Below, one piece after another: positions 44,650 to 57,101 of a stretch of DNA of 64,000 nucleotides. The notes under the pieces are model-generated. The model was given only the letters and a program-made list of their open reading frames with translations, searched no databases and had not been told where the DNA came from. The stretch covers positions 124,001-188,000 of the forward strand of contig NW_027590242.1 in assembly GCF_964213995.1 (NCBI RefSeq), written 5' to 3'. Every line of letters starts with the position of its first letter. The stretch's first letter is position 1. Source of the stretch: Mustelus asterias (Eukaryota). The translations under genes and the position numbers were made by a program.

Positions 44650-46010
44650 TATTCTCTCACAAGATGTGGGTGTCGCAGGCTGGAACAGCATTTATTGACC
44701 ATCTCTAATTGGTCTTGAGAAGGTGGTGGTGAGCTGCCTTCTTGAACCGCGTCAGTCCCCGTGATGTAGGTATGCCCACAGTGCTGCTCGAGAGGGTGTT
44801 TCAGGATTTTGACACAGCGACAGTGAAGGAACAGTGATATATTTCCAAGTCAGGATGCTGAGTGACTTGGAGGGGAACCTCCAGGTGGTGGTCTTTCTGT
44901 TACTCTTCTAGATGGTAGAGGTCGTGCAATTGAAGGGTGCTGTCGAAGGAATCTCAGTGAGTTCCTGCAGTGCATCGCGTAGAGGCTACTCATGGCTGCC
45001 ACTGTGCGTCAGTGGTGGAAGGAGTGAATGTTATTGGAAGGGCTGCTTTATCTTTGGCCGTGTAGAGCTTCATGGGTGTTGATGGAGCTGCACTTACCAA
45101 GGCAAGAGCAGACTATTCCATCATACTCCTGACTTGTGCCTGATGGTGGGTCTGTCTTCACAAAGGAAGACATGAATAATGTACCAAAAGCTCTGAGAGA
45201 AACAAGTTTTAATGAAGTGCTGAAGGAAATCAGTATTTATAGCGAAATGGTTTGGGGGAAAATAATGGGATTGAACAAAGAACAAAGAAAATTACAACAC
45301 AGGAATAGGCCCTTCGGCCGTCCAAGCCTGCACCGACCATGCTGCCCGACTGAACTAAAGCCCCCTATCCTTCTGGGAACCTTATCGCTGTATTCCCATC
45401 TTATTCATGTATTTGGCAAGATGCCCCTTAAAAGTCACTATCGTATCTGCTTCCACTGCCTTCCCCAGCAGCGAGTTCCAGGCACCCACCACCCTCTGTG
45501 CAAAGCACGTGCCTCATACATCGCCTTTAAACCTTGCCCCTCGCAACTTAAACCTATGCCCCCGAGTAATTGACTCTTCTACTGTGGGAAAATAGCGTCT
45601 GACTATCCATTCTGCCCCCTTCATAATCTTGTAGAGGTTGATCAGTTCGCCCGCTCAACGTTTGTCGTTCCAGCGAGAACAAACTAAGATTCTCCAACCT
45701 CTGCTCACAGCTAATGTCCTGCATACCTGGCAACATCCTGATAAAAGGGTGGCAGGTAAGAAGATTGGATAGGATAGGATAGGATAGGATAGGATAAAGA
45801 CAGCAAAGAATGACAAAAAGATTAATAAAGAGGGAGAAGGAGAGAAAGTTATCGAGGAATATGAGAAATTGAAATATAGTATATAATGTAACAATTTCCA
45901 CAGATACTTAAAAAAGAAAAGTCAACAAAGTGAGCATTGGTCCTATAGAAAGTATGTCTGGGGAGTTGAAAACAAAACAATAAGGAGATAGTAGATGAAC
46001 TGAACCAGTA
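44650..46010. mobile_element. Mixed old LINE (CR1/L2-like) fragments and (GGATA)n microsatellite at ~45766-45796
   Basis: CR1 3' tail at ~45270-45750 (-); SVFTKED-type fragment at ~45150 (+). Confidence 0.6.
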
Positions 46011-46024
46011 TTATAAAAAAAGGT

Positions 46025-46340
46025 TGGTGGCACGGTGGTTAGCATTGCTGCCTCATAGCGCCAGGGACTCGGGTTCAATTTTGGCCTCGGGTAACTGTCT
46101 GTTTGGAGTTTGCACGTTCTCCCCATGTCTGCATGGGTTTTCTCCGGATGTTCCGTTTCCTCCCACAGTCCAAAGATGTGAGGGTTATGTTGATTGGCAA
46201 TGGTAAATTGACACTCTGGTCAGGGGAATTAGCAAGGTTAATATGAAGGATGAGGGGAATAGGGTCTGGGTGGGATTGTGGTCGGTGGCAGACTTGATGC
46301 TCTCAATGGCTTCCTTCTGCACTGCAGGCATTCTATTCTA
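46025..46340 (+). mobile_element. HE1-type SINE
   Basis: TGGTGGCACGGTGGTTAGCATTGCTGCCTCA head; TTCTA tail. Confidence 0.8.
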
Positions 46341-49300
46341 TGAAATTTCTTCTGCACCCTCTCCAAAACCTCCACATCCTTCTGGTAGCGTGAAGACCAG
46401 AATTGAACACGATATTCCAAGTGCTGCCTAACTAAGGTTCTATAAAGATGCAACATGACTTGACAATTTTTAAACTCAATGCCCCGGCCGATGAAGGCAA
46501 GCATGCTGTATGCATTCTTGACTACCTTATATAAAACTACAGCACAAAATAGGCCGTTCGGCCCCACAGGTTGTGCCGAACATATCCCTACCTTCTAGGC
46601 CTACCTATAACCCTCCATCCCATTAAGTCCCATGTACTCATCCAGGAGTCTCTTAAAAGACCCTATTGAGTTTGCCTCCGCCACCACTGACGGCAGCCGA
46701 TTTCACTCGTCCACCACCCTCTGTGTGAAAAAGTTCCCCCTAACATTTCCCCTGTACCTACCCCCCCCAGCACCTTAAACCTGTGTCCTCTCGTAGCAGA
46801 GATTTCCACCCTGAGAAAAAGCCTCTGAGAGTCCACTCGATCTATGCCTCTCAACATCTTATACACCTCTATAAGGTCTCCTCTCATCCTACGTCTCTCC
46901 AAGGAGAAAAGACCGAGCTCCCTCAGCCTATCCTCATAAGGCATGCCAGTCAATCCAGGCAACATCCTTCTAAATCTCCTCTGCACACTTTCAATCTTTT
47001 CCACATCCTTCCTATAATGAGGCGACCAGAACTGAGCACAGTACTCCAAGTGTGGACTGACGAGGGTCTTATATAGCTGCATCATTATCCCCGGACTCCT
47101 AAACTCAATCCTTCGATTGATAAAGCCAGCACACCATACTCCTTCTTAACCACCTCCTCCACCTCTGGGGCCGATTTTAGAGTCCTATGGACCCGGACCC
47201 CAGGCTTCTGATCCACTACAGTACGAAGAGTTTTTCCCTTTATATTGTACTCCTTCATCCCATTTGACCTGCCAAAATGGACCACTACGCATTTATCTGG
47301 GTAGAAGTCCATCTGCCACTTCTCCACCCAGTCTTGCATCCTATCTATGTCCCTCTGTAACTTCTGACATCCCTCCAGACTATCCACAACCCCACCAAAC
47401 TTTGGGTCGTCGGCAAACTTACCAACCCATCCCTCCACGTCCTCATCCAGGTCATTTATGAAAATGACAAACAGCAAGGGTCCCAGAACAGATCCCTGGG
47501 GCACACCACTGGTGACCGACCTCTATTTAGAAAAAGACCCATCTGTACCCACTCTCTGCCTCCTCTGGGCAAGCCAGTTCTGGATCCACAGGGCAGCAGC
47601 CCCTTGGATCCCATGCCCTCTCACTTTTTCTAGAACCCTTGCATGGGGAACCTTATCGAACGCCTTGCTAAGATCCATATAAACCACATCTACCGCTTTC
47701 CCTTCGTCAATGTGTTTAGTCACATTTTCGAAGAACTCCACCAGGCTCGTAAGGCACGATCTGCCTTTGACAAAGCCATGCTGAGTATTCTTGAGCATAC
47801 TAAACCTCTCTAAATGCTCATAAATCTTGTCCCACAGGATCTTCTCCATCAGCTTACCAACCACTGAGGTTAGACTCACCAGTCGGTTATTTCCTGGGCT
47901 ATCCTTATTCCCCTTCTTGAAAATAGGAACCACATCCGCAATCCTCCAATCCTCCTACACCTCTCCCGTCTCCATCGACCTTCTCCACCTGCGTTGCCAC
48001 TTTCAGTGACTTGGATATCTGCACACCCAGATCCCTCTGCCTGTCAATATTCTTAAGGGTTCTGCATTTACTGTATTTTTCCCATCTATATTAGACTTCC
48101 AAAATGCATTACCTCACATTTGTCCATTAAACTCCATCTGCCATCTCACCGCCCAAGTCTCGAACCATTCTATATCCTGCTGTATCCTCTGACAGTCGTC
48201 ACTGCGATCCACAATTCCTCCAATCTTTGCATCGTCTGCAGACTTACTAATCAAACCAGTTACATTTCCCTCCAAATCATTTATATATATTTCAAGCATC
48301 AAAAGTCCCAGCATTGATCCCTGAAGAACGCCACTTGTCACAGCCCTCCATTGAGAAACGCACCCTTCCACTACTACCCTCTGTCTTCTATGACCGAGGC
48401 AGTTCTGCATCCATCTTGCCAGCTGATCTCTGATCCCGTGCGACTTAACCTTCTGTACCAGTCTGCCATGAGGGACCTTGTCAAAGGCCTTACTGAAGTC
48501 CATGTAGACAACATGCACTGCCCTACCCTCATCAATCACCTTCGCCACTTCCTCGAAAAACTCGATTAACTAAGTGAGACACGACCTCCCCATCACAAAA
48601 CCATGTTGTGACTCACTAATACGTCCACTTATTTTCAAGTGGGAGTAAATCCTGTCTCGAAGAATGCTCTCCAATAATTTCCCCACCATTGGCTGAAGGC
48701 TCACCGGCCTTTAATTACCTGGTTTATCCTTACTACCCTTCATAAACAAAGGAACAACGTTATCCAATCTTCTGGGACCTCCACTGTACTAGCGAGGATA
48801 CAAAGATTTCTCTCAAGTCCTGAGCAGTTTCCTGCCTTGCATCTCTCAGTATTCTGGAGTGTTTCCCATCAGGCCCCGTGGACTCGACTAATTTAGTGCT
48901 TCTCAAGAACCCAATATTGCCTCCTTTTTGGTCTCATCATGACCCAAACTATCTACACACACTTCCCCAGACTCATCATTAAGCAAGTCCTCCTCTTTTG
49001 TGAAAACTGACGCAAAGTATTCATTTAATACCGCGCTCATTTCCTCTTTTCCTCCAGCTCCATGCATAGATCCCCTCCCCTGTCCTCCTCCAGGTTTCTT
49101 GCTTTCTCTTCATATATGCATAAAAAGGATTTTCCTTAATCCTGCTGGCCAATTACTTTTTGTTACCCCTTTTAGCCCTCCTTACTCCTTGCTTGAGCTT
49201 CTTGCTACTTTTCTTGTATTCCACTTCTCCTTCGTGTGTTCCCAATCTCCTAGCCTTGACAAATGCTTCCTTTTTCTCCAGCCAAAAGAGAACATGCTGG

Positions 49301-51080
49301 AAAATCTCAGCAGGTCTGGCCGCATCTGTAAGGAGAGAAAAGAGCTGACGTTTCGACTCTAGATGACCCTTTGTCAAAGCTAAAAGACATAGAAAGTCAG
49401 AGATATTTATAGTGCAGGGTGAGGAAATGAAACATGAGTCATCGCCACAGGAACCATGAGCTTCCTTTTTTCTCTTTGACTAGGCTCACAATATCTCTCA
49501 CTATCCAAGTTTGCTGAAACTTGCCATAGTTACCCTTCAGCCTTATAGGAATGTGCCAGTCCTGAATTCCTACCAATTTGCAGTTGAAAACCTCCACATG
49601 TCAGAAATTTATTTGCCCTCAAATATCTGCCCCAATCTATATTCTTCAATTCCTGCCTAATAATGTTGTAATTCGCCTTCCCCTAATTTAGCACCTTCAC
49701 TTGAGGACTACACTTATCTTTATCCATCAGTACCTTAAATCTTACTGAATTGTGGTCACTGTTCCCAAACTGCTCTCCTCCTGAAACGTCGTCACCCGGC
49801 CAGGCTCATTCCCCAATACCAGGTCCAGTATGGCTCCTTCCCGAGTTGGACTATCGACATAATAGTTCAAGACATCCTCCTGGATGTGCCTTACAAACTC
49901 TGCCCCATCCACGTCGCGAGCACTAAGTAGTCCCAGTCATTTTGGGGAAGTTAATATCTCCCTCCACAGCAACCCTGTTACTTTTGCACCTTGCCAAAAT
50001 CCGCCTATATATCTGTTCCTCTGTCGCTGGCTTTTAGGGGGACTACAGTAAACCCCCAACGTTGTGACTACACCCTTCCTATTCCTGAGCTCTACCCATG
50101 TTGCCTCGCTGTATGAGCTCTCTGAGGTGTCCTCCCACAATACATTTGTGATATTCTCCAGTAGTGTAACTCCCCCACCCCTTTTAGATCCCCCTCTATC
50201 CCACTGAAAACATCTGCATCCTGGAACGTAAAGCTGCCAATCCTGTCCTTCCCTTAGCCAAGTCTCTAATGGCAACAACATCATAATTCCAAGTATTAAT
50301 CCAAGCCCTCAGTTCTTACCTGTTACACTTCCCGCATTGAAACAAATGTACATCAGTCCACCAGAACCTCTTTGATGAGCAACCACACTCTGCCTGCTCT
50401 TTCTCTGAATTTTACTGGACCTACTCTCCAGTCCTCCTTAAGTGGGCGGCATGGTGGCACAGTGGTTAGCACCACTGCTTCCCAGCGTGATGGACCAGGG
50501 TTCGATTGCCTTCTTGGGTTACTGTCTGTGTGGAGTTTGCACGTCCTCCCCATGTCTGCGTGGGTTCTTTCAGGGTGTTCCGGTTTCCTCCCACAGTCTG
50601 AAAGACGTGCTGGTTAGGTGCATTGATCCGAACAAGTGCCAAGTGCGGTGACTAGGGGAATTTCACCGTCACTTAATTGCAGTGTAAATGTAAGCCTTAT
50701 TTATGACTAATAAATGAACTTTTACTTTAAGTTAATTCACCTTTGCTTTGGTTCCTATCCCCTGCCAAAGTACTTTAAATCCTCCCGTGTGATACTAGCA
50801 AACCTCCCGGTCAGAATATTAATGCCCCTCCAGTTTAGATACAAGCCGTCCTTGGACAGATCCCACCTGTCCCGTAAGAGATCCCAGTGGTCCAGATATC
50901 TAAACCCTTCCCCGTACACCAGTTGTTGAGCCACATGTTGAGCTGTACTACCTTCCAATTTCTAGCCTCACTGGTACATAGCGCAGGTAATAATCCTGAG
51001 ATTACAATCCTAGAGGTCCTGCTTTTTAACATTCTATCTAACTCCCTAAACTGCTGCAGGATCTCATCACTCTTTCTAAA
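46340..51080 (-). mobile_element. Long decayed CR1 LINE (ORF1 esterase to ORF2) with nested younger CR1 (~46535-47980), Penelope fragment (~49280-49460) and SINE (~50445-50715)
   Basis: Colinear CR1 peptides in ORFs 50835, 49937, 48114, 46238; second set in 47523, 47085, 46663. Confidence 0.8.
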
Positions 51081-51139
51081 ATGGTCTCTGGGGCCTTATA
51101 ATCTTCATCTCAGAGTACATAACGGAACAGCCCTAGAGG

Positions 51140-51785
51140 GGGGTGGCACGGTGGCACAGTGGTCAGCACTGTTGCCTCAAAGCTCGAGCTTTAATTCCAG
51201 CCACGATCACTGTCTGTTTAGAGTTTACACGTTCTCCCCTTGTCTGCGTGGGTTTCCTCCGGGTGCCCCGGTTTCCTCCCACAGTCAAAAGTTACAGAGT
51301 TAAAGGTTCCAACAGTGCAGAAGGAGGCCATTCAGCCCATCAAGTCTGCAAGGAACGCAATCCCACCCAGGCTCTATCCCCGTAACCCCATGTATTTAAC
51401 CAAGCTAGTCCCTCTGACACTATGGGGCAATTTAGCATGGCCAATCCACCTAACCCACACATGCTTGGAATGTGGGACGAAACCGGAGCACCTGGAGGAA
51501 ATCCACGCAGACACGGGGAGAACGTGCAGACTCCGCACAGACAGTGACCCAAGCCAGGAATCGAACCCAGATCCCTGGCGATGTGAGGCAGCTGTGCTAA
51601 CCACTGTGCCACCGTGCCGCGTGCAGATTAGGTTGATTGGCCATACCAAATTGACCCGAGTGTCAGTGGATTGGCAGGGTAAATATGTGGGGTCATGGGA
51701 ATAGGGTCTGGGTGGCATTGTGGTCGGTGCAAACTCGATAGGCCAAACGGCTTCCTTCAGAACTGTATGAATTCTGTGATTCTAT
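51140..51785 (+). mobile_element. HE1-type SINE interrupted by a second, inverted SINE (~51290-51619)
   Basis: Plus-strand head stops at CCCACAGTCAAAA and resumes at GTGCAGATTAGGTTGATTGGCC. Confidence 0.8.
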
Positions 51786-51789
51786 GAAA

Positions 51790-53080
51790 TAGGGACACCT
51801 TTGGTGTCATTTTCCAGTTCTTTGGACTCTGGACTGGTTCCTGCAGATTGGAGGGTAGATAATGTAAGCCCGCGATTCAGAAAATGGGGTAGTGAGAACA
51901 GGGTACTATGGACCAATGAGCCTGACATCAGTATTGGCGAAGGAGCTGGAGTCCGTTTATCAAGTATTTCAAAACTCAGCAGTTGGAAAACAGTGGTATA
52001 ATCAGACAATGCCAGCATCTATTTACAAAGGAGAAATCATGCTTGATGAATCTATTGGAATTATTTGAGAATGTAACTAGTAGAGGAGAACTAGAGAAGG
52101 TGGTTTATTTGGACTTTCAGAAGGCTTTTAACAAGTTAGTGTCTTGAGATAGATAGAAAGCTGGTTAGCAGGCCGGAAACAGAGTTCGCATAAATGGGTC
52201 TTTTTTCGATTGGCAAGCAGTGACTCGTGGACGACTGCAGGGATCGGTGTTGGGATCCCAACTGTTCACATAAAAGATTGATGATTCGGAAGAGGGAACG
52301 AAATGTATTAGCTCCAAGTTTGCAGATGACAAATTATGGTGGGAGGGTGAGCTGTGAGGAGAATGCAGGGATTCTTTAACCTTATTTGGACAGGCTGAAT
52401 GAGAATGAGTGCGCATACGAATGGCAGATGCAGTATAACGTGGACAAATGTGAGATTATCCACTTTGGTGGCATTAATAGGAAGACAGATTATTGTTTGA
52501 ATGGTTGTAAACTGAGAGAGGTGGATTCTCACCGAGACCTTGGTGCCCTCGTGCATCAGTTGCCGAAAGTAAACACTGAGGCACTTAGCAGGCAGTAAAG
52601 AAGGCAAATAGTATGTTGGACTTCATAGCGAGAGATAAGAGTGTCGGAATAGGGATGTTTTATTGCAATTGTGTCGGGTGTTGGTGCGGCCACACTTGGA
52701 GTATTGTGTGCAGTTTTGGTGTCCGTATCTGAGGAAGGGTGTCCTTGCTACAGGGGGCAAGCAGCAAAGGGTTACCAGGCTCATTCCTGGAGTGGCAGGT
52801 CCGTCATGTGAGGAGAGACTAAATCAGTTAGGCTATATTCACTGGGGTTTAGAAGAGTGAGAGGGGAACTCATAGGAATTATTAAATGGCGGGAGAGTCC
52901 AGAATTAGGTGTCGAACTTTGAGGATAAGGGATGAACTGATTGAGATTGAGGTGATTAAAAATGTCTTCACCCAGAGAATGGTGAATCTGTGGAATTCAA
53001 TGTGACAGCAAGGAGTTAAGGCCAAAACGTTGTGTGATTTCAAGATATTAGATATAGCTCAAGGGATCAAGGGATATGCG
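51790..53080 (+). mobile_element. Degenerate CR1 LINE RT/3' region
   Basis: SGLVPADWRVDNV; EWQMQYNVDKCEIIHFG; LVRPHLEYCVQFW. Confidence 0.8.
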
Positions 53081-53379
53081 GGGGGTGGGGGGGGGGAGAG
53101 GTGGTGGGGGGATGGTTGAGGGAGGGGGTGATCAGTTTCTGAGTATCTGACTGAGAAGATGAGGGTTATGTTGGAACAATGAGAGGCAAACATAAGAAAT
53201 ATTTCTAAAATCAACAAATGAGACGCCATCAAATCTGAATTTCAAATTGAGACTGAGGGTTTTTAAAATCTTAATCAAAGGGACTTCAGGAAAAGGTGAG
53301 TAGATGGTGTTGATCCCAAAGAAGACAAGATCATGTTGAAAAGCTCAACAGCTTTATACTGCCTGTCCTCAACTGCCTC

Positions 53380-55430
53380 ACACTCAGACCCTTCCTCACA
53401 CTCACACACACCCCTCTCACCCTCCTTCACACACCCTCTACCATATAAGCACCCTCCATCGCAAGCTCACCACCTCTCCCTCACATTATCTCCCTCACAC
53501 ACCCTTTCCCTCACCCCTTCTCCCTCACAGACAGTTCCTTACGCACCCTCACTTATACCCTCACCCGCCCTCACAATCACACCCACCCTCGCACCCTGTC
53601 CTGCTTATACCTTCTCCTTCCCTCACATCCTTTCCTTCACACCCGCTTCCTCATGTGTATTCTCCTTCATACTCACCCCCTCTGCCACACTCTCCCCTTC
53701 CCTCTCCCTCACACACTCTCCCTCACACTCACACGATCCTTCAGGCTCACCGTTCCTCTCCCTCAGTCACATTCAATCACGCTGGTGCTCACTCACAACT
53801 CACACCCTTTCCCTCTCATACCTTCTCCCATGCTCTCATCCTTTCCTGCACACTCGCCCTCCTCCGCACTTACGCCGCCCCACGCCCTCATCCCCTCTCC
53901 CCCACACTCACCCTCTTCCCGCACTCTCGCCCCCTGCCCTCACACGCCCTCACCCCCTCCCCCACCCTTCCCTGCACTCACCCCCTCCCTCATCCTACCA
54001 CTCCCATTCCCCCACCCCGTTCCCCGCACTCTCGTGTCATAGAGTTTTACAGCATGGAAACAGGCCCTTCTGCCCAACTAGTCCCTGCCGCCCTTTTTTT
54101 TAACCACTAAGCTAGTCCCAATTACCTGCATTTGGCCCATATCCCTGTCGACCCATCTTACCCATGTAGCTGTCTGAACGCTTTTTAAAAGACAAAATTG
54201 TACCCGTCTCTATACTATCTTTGGCAGCTTGTTCCAGACACTCACCACCCTCTGTGAAAAACGTGCCCCTCTAGACAATTTTGTGTCTCTCCCCTCTCAC
54301 CTTAAACCTATGCCCTCTAGTTTTCCCCTACCTCTGGGAAAATAGGTTGATTAGCTCACTGATCTATGGCCCTCATTGCCTTTTAGACCTCTATTCTCAC
54401 CCCTAAGTCCTCCTAATTCTCCTGCTCTTCAAGGAAAAATGTCCCAGTCTATCCAGCCTCTCCTTATAACTCAAACCATTAAATCCTGGTAACATCCTAA
54501 TAAATCATTTCTACATTCTTTCTAGTTTAATAATCTCCTTTATGAAATAGGATGACCAGAACTCTACACAGTATTCCAAGTATGGCCTTGCCAATGTTTT
54601 GTACAAATTCAACAAGACGTCCCAACTACTGTATTCATTGATCTAACCGAGGGAACCAAGCATGCCGAATGCCTTGTTAACCACTCTGTCCTCCCCCTCC
54701 TCTCCACTCACCCCCTCCCCCGCACTCTCACCGTCCATCACAGGCACCCTCCATCACAGGCACCCTCCATCATAGACACTCTCCATCATAATCACTCTCC
54801 ATCATAGTCACTCTCCATCACAGTAACCGTCTCTCACACACCCCTTCCTCATGCATCCTCTGCCACTCCCTCTCTCTCAGGCCCTAATTCAATTGATGTG
54901 GTTCACTCCATCTTTTCACTTTCTCACCTCACATCCTCCCCTCACTCTCTCACTTTTGCTGAATCTTTCTGTGACTCCCTCCCTCTCAATGCCTCTTTCT
55001 CACTCATCCTCTCTCACTCCCTTCCTCCTACTCCCTCTCCTCACTCACACCCCTTCCCAATTTCTTCCTTTCCTCCCTCACCACTGTCTCCCTCATTCAA
55101 CCCTCCATCACTCAAAACTCCCTTCCTTACTACTCAATCTATAACTCACTCACCACTTCTTCCCTGTCCTCCCTCACTCTACCCCTCACCCCTTCACCAC
55201 TCCCTCCCTCCATCACTCTTTCCCTCCCTCACTCACAACTCCCTTCTTCACTCACAATTCCCTCCCTCAGTCACTCACCACTCCCTCCCTCACTCACTCA
55301 CGAGTCCCTCCGTCAATCTTTCCCTCACTCACTCCATTCCCTCTATGTATAACTCACTCACCAATCCCTCCGTCACTCTTTCCCTCCCTCACTCACCACT
55401 CCCTCCCTCACTCACCACTCCACAGTGACA
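53380..55430. repeat. C/T(A)-rich low-complexity tract, interrupted by a CR1 3' end (~54035-54690, -)
   Basis: CCCTCA/CTCAC degenerate repeats. Confidence 0.85.
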
Positions 55431-57067
55431 GCAGGATCATGGTTCCCCACAGCTTTCCATACACTGGATCCATTGGTTGATTCCTGCGGATTGGAAGGTG
55501 CAGAGAGATGATGGACGAACGAGGCTGAGAGAATCTTCAGAAACTGCTGACGAATTGAATCCGTTCAGTGTAAGAATTGAAGGGTTTGGTCCAGAAACTT
55601 GCGATAGCATCTGAGACTTGGTCACTTCCTGAGAAAAGGTGTCAGCTGATAACATCCACAAAACCAAAATAGACGCCAGAGCACAAAATTCTTCTCGGAA
55701 CTGACCACGACAAAGAGAGAGAGAGAAACAGAGTTAAAGCAACAGCAGAAGGGGAAAGGGAGAAGGAGTAACAGAAAGAGGAACACAAAGGGAAACAGAC
55801 AGGAGAGATGAAAAAGCAGCAGCAAAGATTGAGAAACAGAAATAGAGATAGAAAGAAACAAAATGGCAGAGAAACTCGTCGAGAGAAACAAGTTAATACA
55901 GAAAGGCAAGCAGAGAGACGTGGGCAGACAGAAGCAGAGGCCAAAAGAGAGAGACAGCAACAGAGAGAGAGAGAGAGAGACAAACATAGAAGCAGGCAGA
56001 AAGAGGGCGCGGCACGGAGGGAGAGGGCGATAGGCAGGGAGAGAGAGGAAGAAAGGCAGAGAAAGTCGGAGAGAGGGAGGCAGGGAGAGAGGGAGGGAGA
56101 GAGAGAGAGAGAGACAGGCAGAGAGAGAGAGAGGGGCAGGGAGAGAAAGGGAGACAGGGGCAGGGACAGAGAGGGGGCAGCGAGAGAGAGGGACAGAGAG
56201 AGAGAGGGGGAGCAGGGAGGGAGAGAGAGAGAGATGGAAAGAGGCAGGATGAGAGAAAGGCAGGGATAGAGAGAGAGGCAGGGAGTGAGAGAGAGAGAGA
56301 GATAGAGAGAGAGAGAGATAGAGAGAGAGAGACAGAGGGAGGGAGATAGAGAGAGACAGGGAGAGGGGGAGAGAGGCAGGGAGAGAGTTAGAGAGAAGCA
56401 GGGAAAGAGAGGGAGAGGCAGGTAGAGAGAGAGTGAGAATGAGAGGCAGGGAGAGGGAGAGAGAGGCAGGGAGAGAAAGAGAGAGGCAGGGAGAGAGAGA
56501 GAGGCAAGGAGAGAGAGAGGGGGGAGGGTCAGGGAGAGCGAGAGAGAGGCAGGGAGAGAGAGAGAGGGGGGGAGACAGGGAAAGGCATGGAGAGAGAGAG
56601 GCAGGGAGAGAGAGAGAAAGAGACAGGGAGAGCGTGAGAGAGAGGCAGGTGGATAGAGAAAGAGAGGAAGGGGAGAGGGAGAGAGAGAGGAAAGAGAGAG
56701 GCAGGGAAAGAGAGGAGAGAGGGAGAGAGAAGCAGAGTGAGAGAAAAGGTGAGATGCGAAGAGAGAGAGAGGCAGGGAGAGAGCGAAAGCGAGGCACGGA
56801 GTGAGAGAGAGAGGCAGGGACAGAAAGTGAGAGACGGGGGGGGGGGGGGAGAGGCAGGGAGAGAGAGGCCGAGAGAAAGGGACAGAGAGAGGCAGGAGGA
56901 CAGAGAGCGAGAGGCAGGGACAGAGAGGAAGAGAGGCAAGGAGACAGGGAGAAAGAGAGGCAGGGAGAGAGAGAGTGAGGCAGGGAGAGAGAGAGAGTGA
57001 GGCAGGGAGAGAGCGAGTGAGAGCGAGAGAGAGGCAGGTACAGAGAGAGAGAGGCGGGGGGGGGGGG

Positions 57068-57101
<34 letters not shown>

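Noticed and set aside
1-45000. D, J, NAR-TCR or IgH-like V segments
   Set aside because: I saw no 12-RSS with an FGxG motif; the intact V genes have their own leaders and TCR-type WY(R/S) and CAL/CAM/CAF/CAV motifs. The search was by eye, so short D segments could be missed
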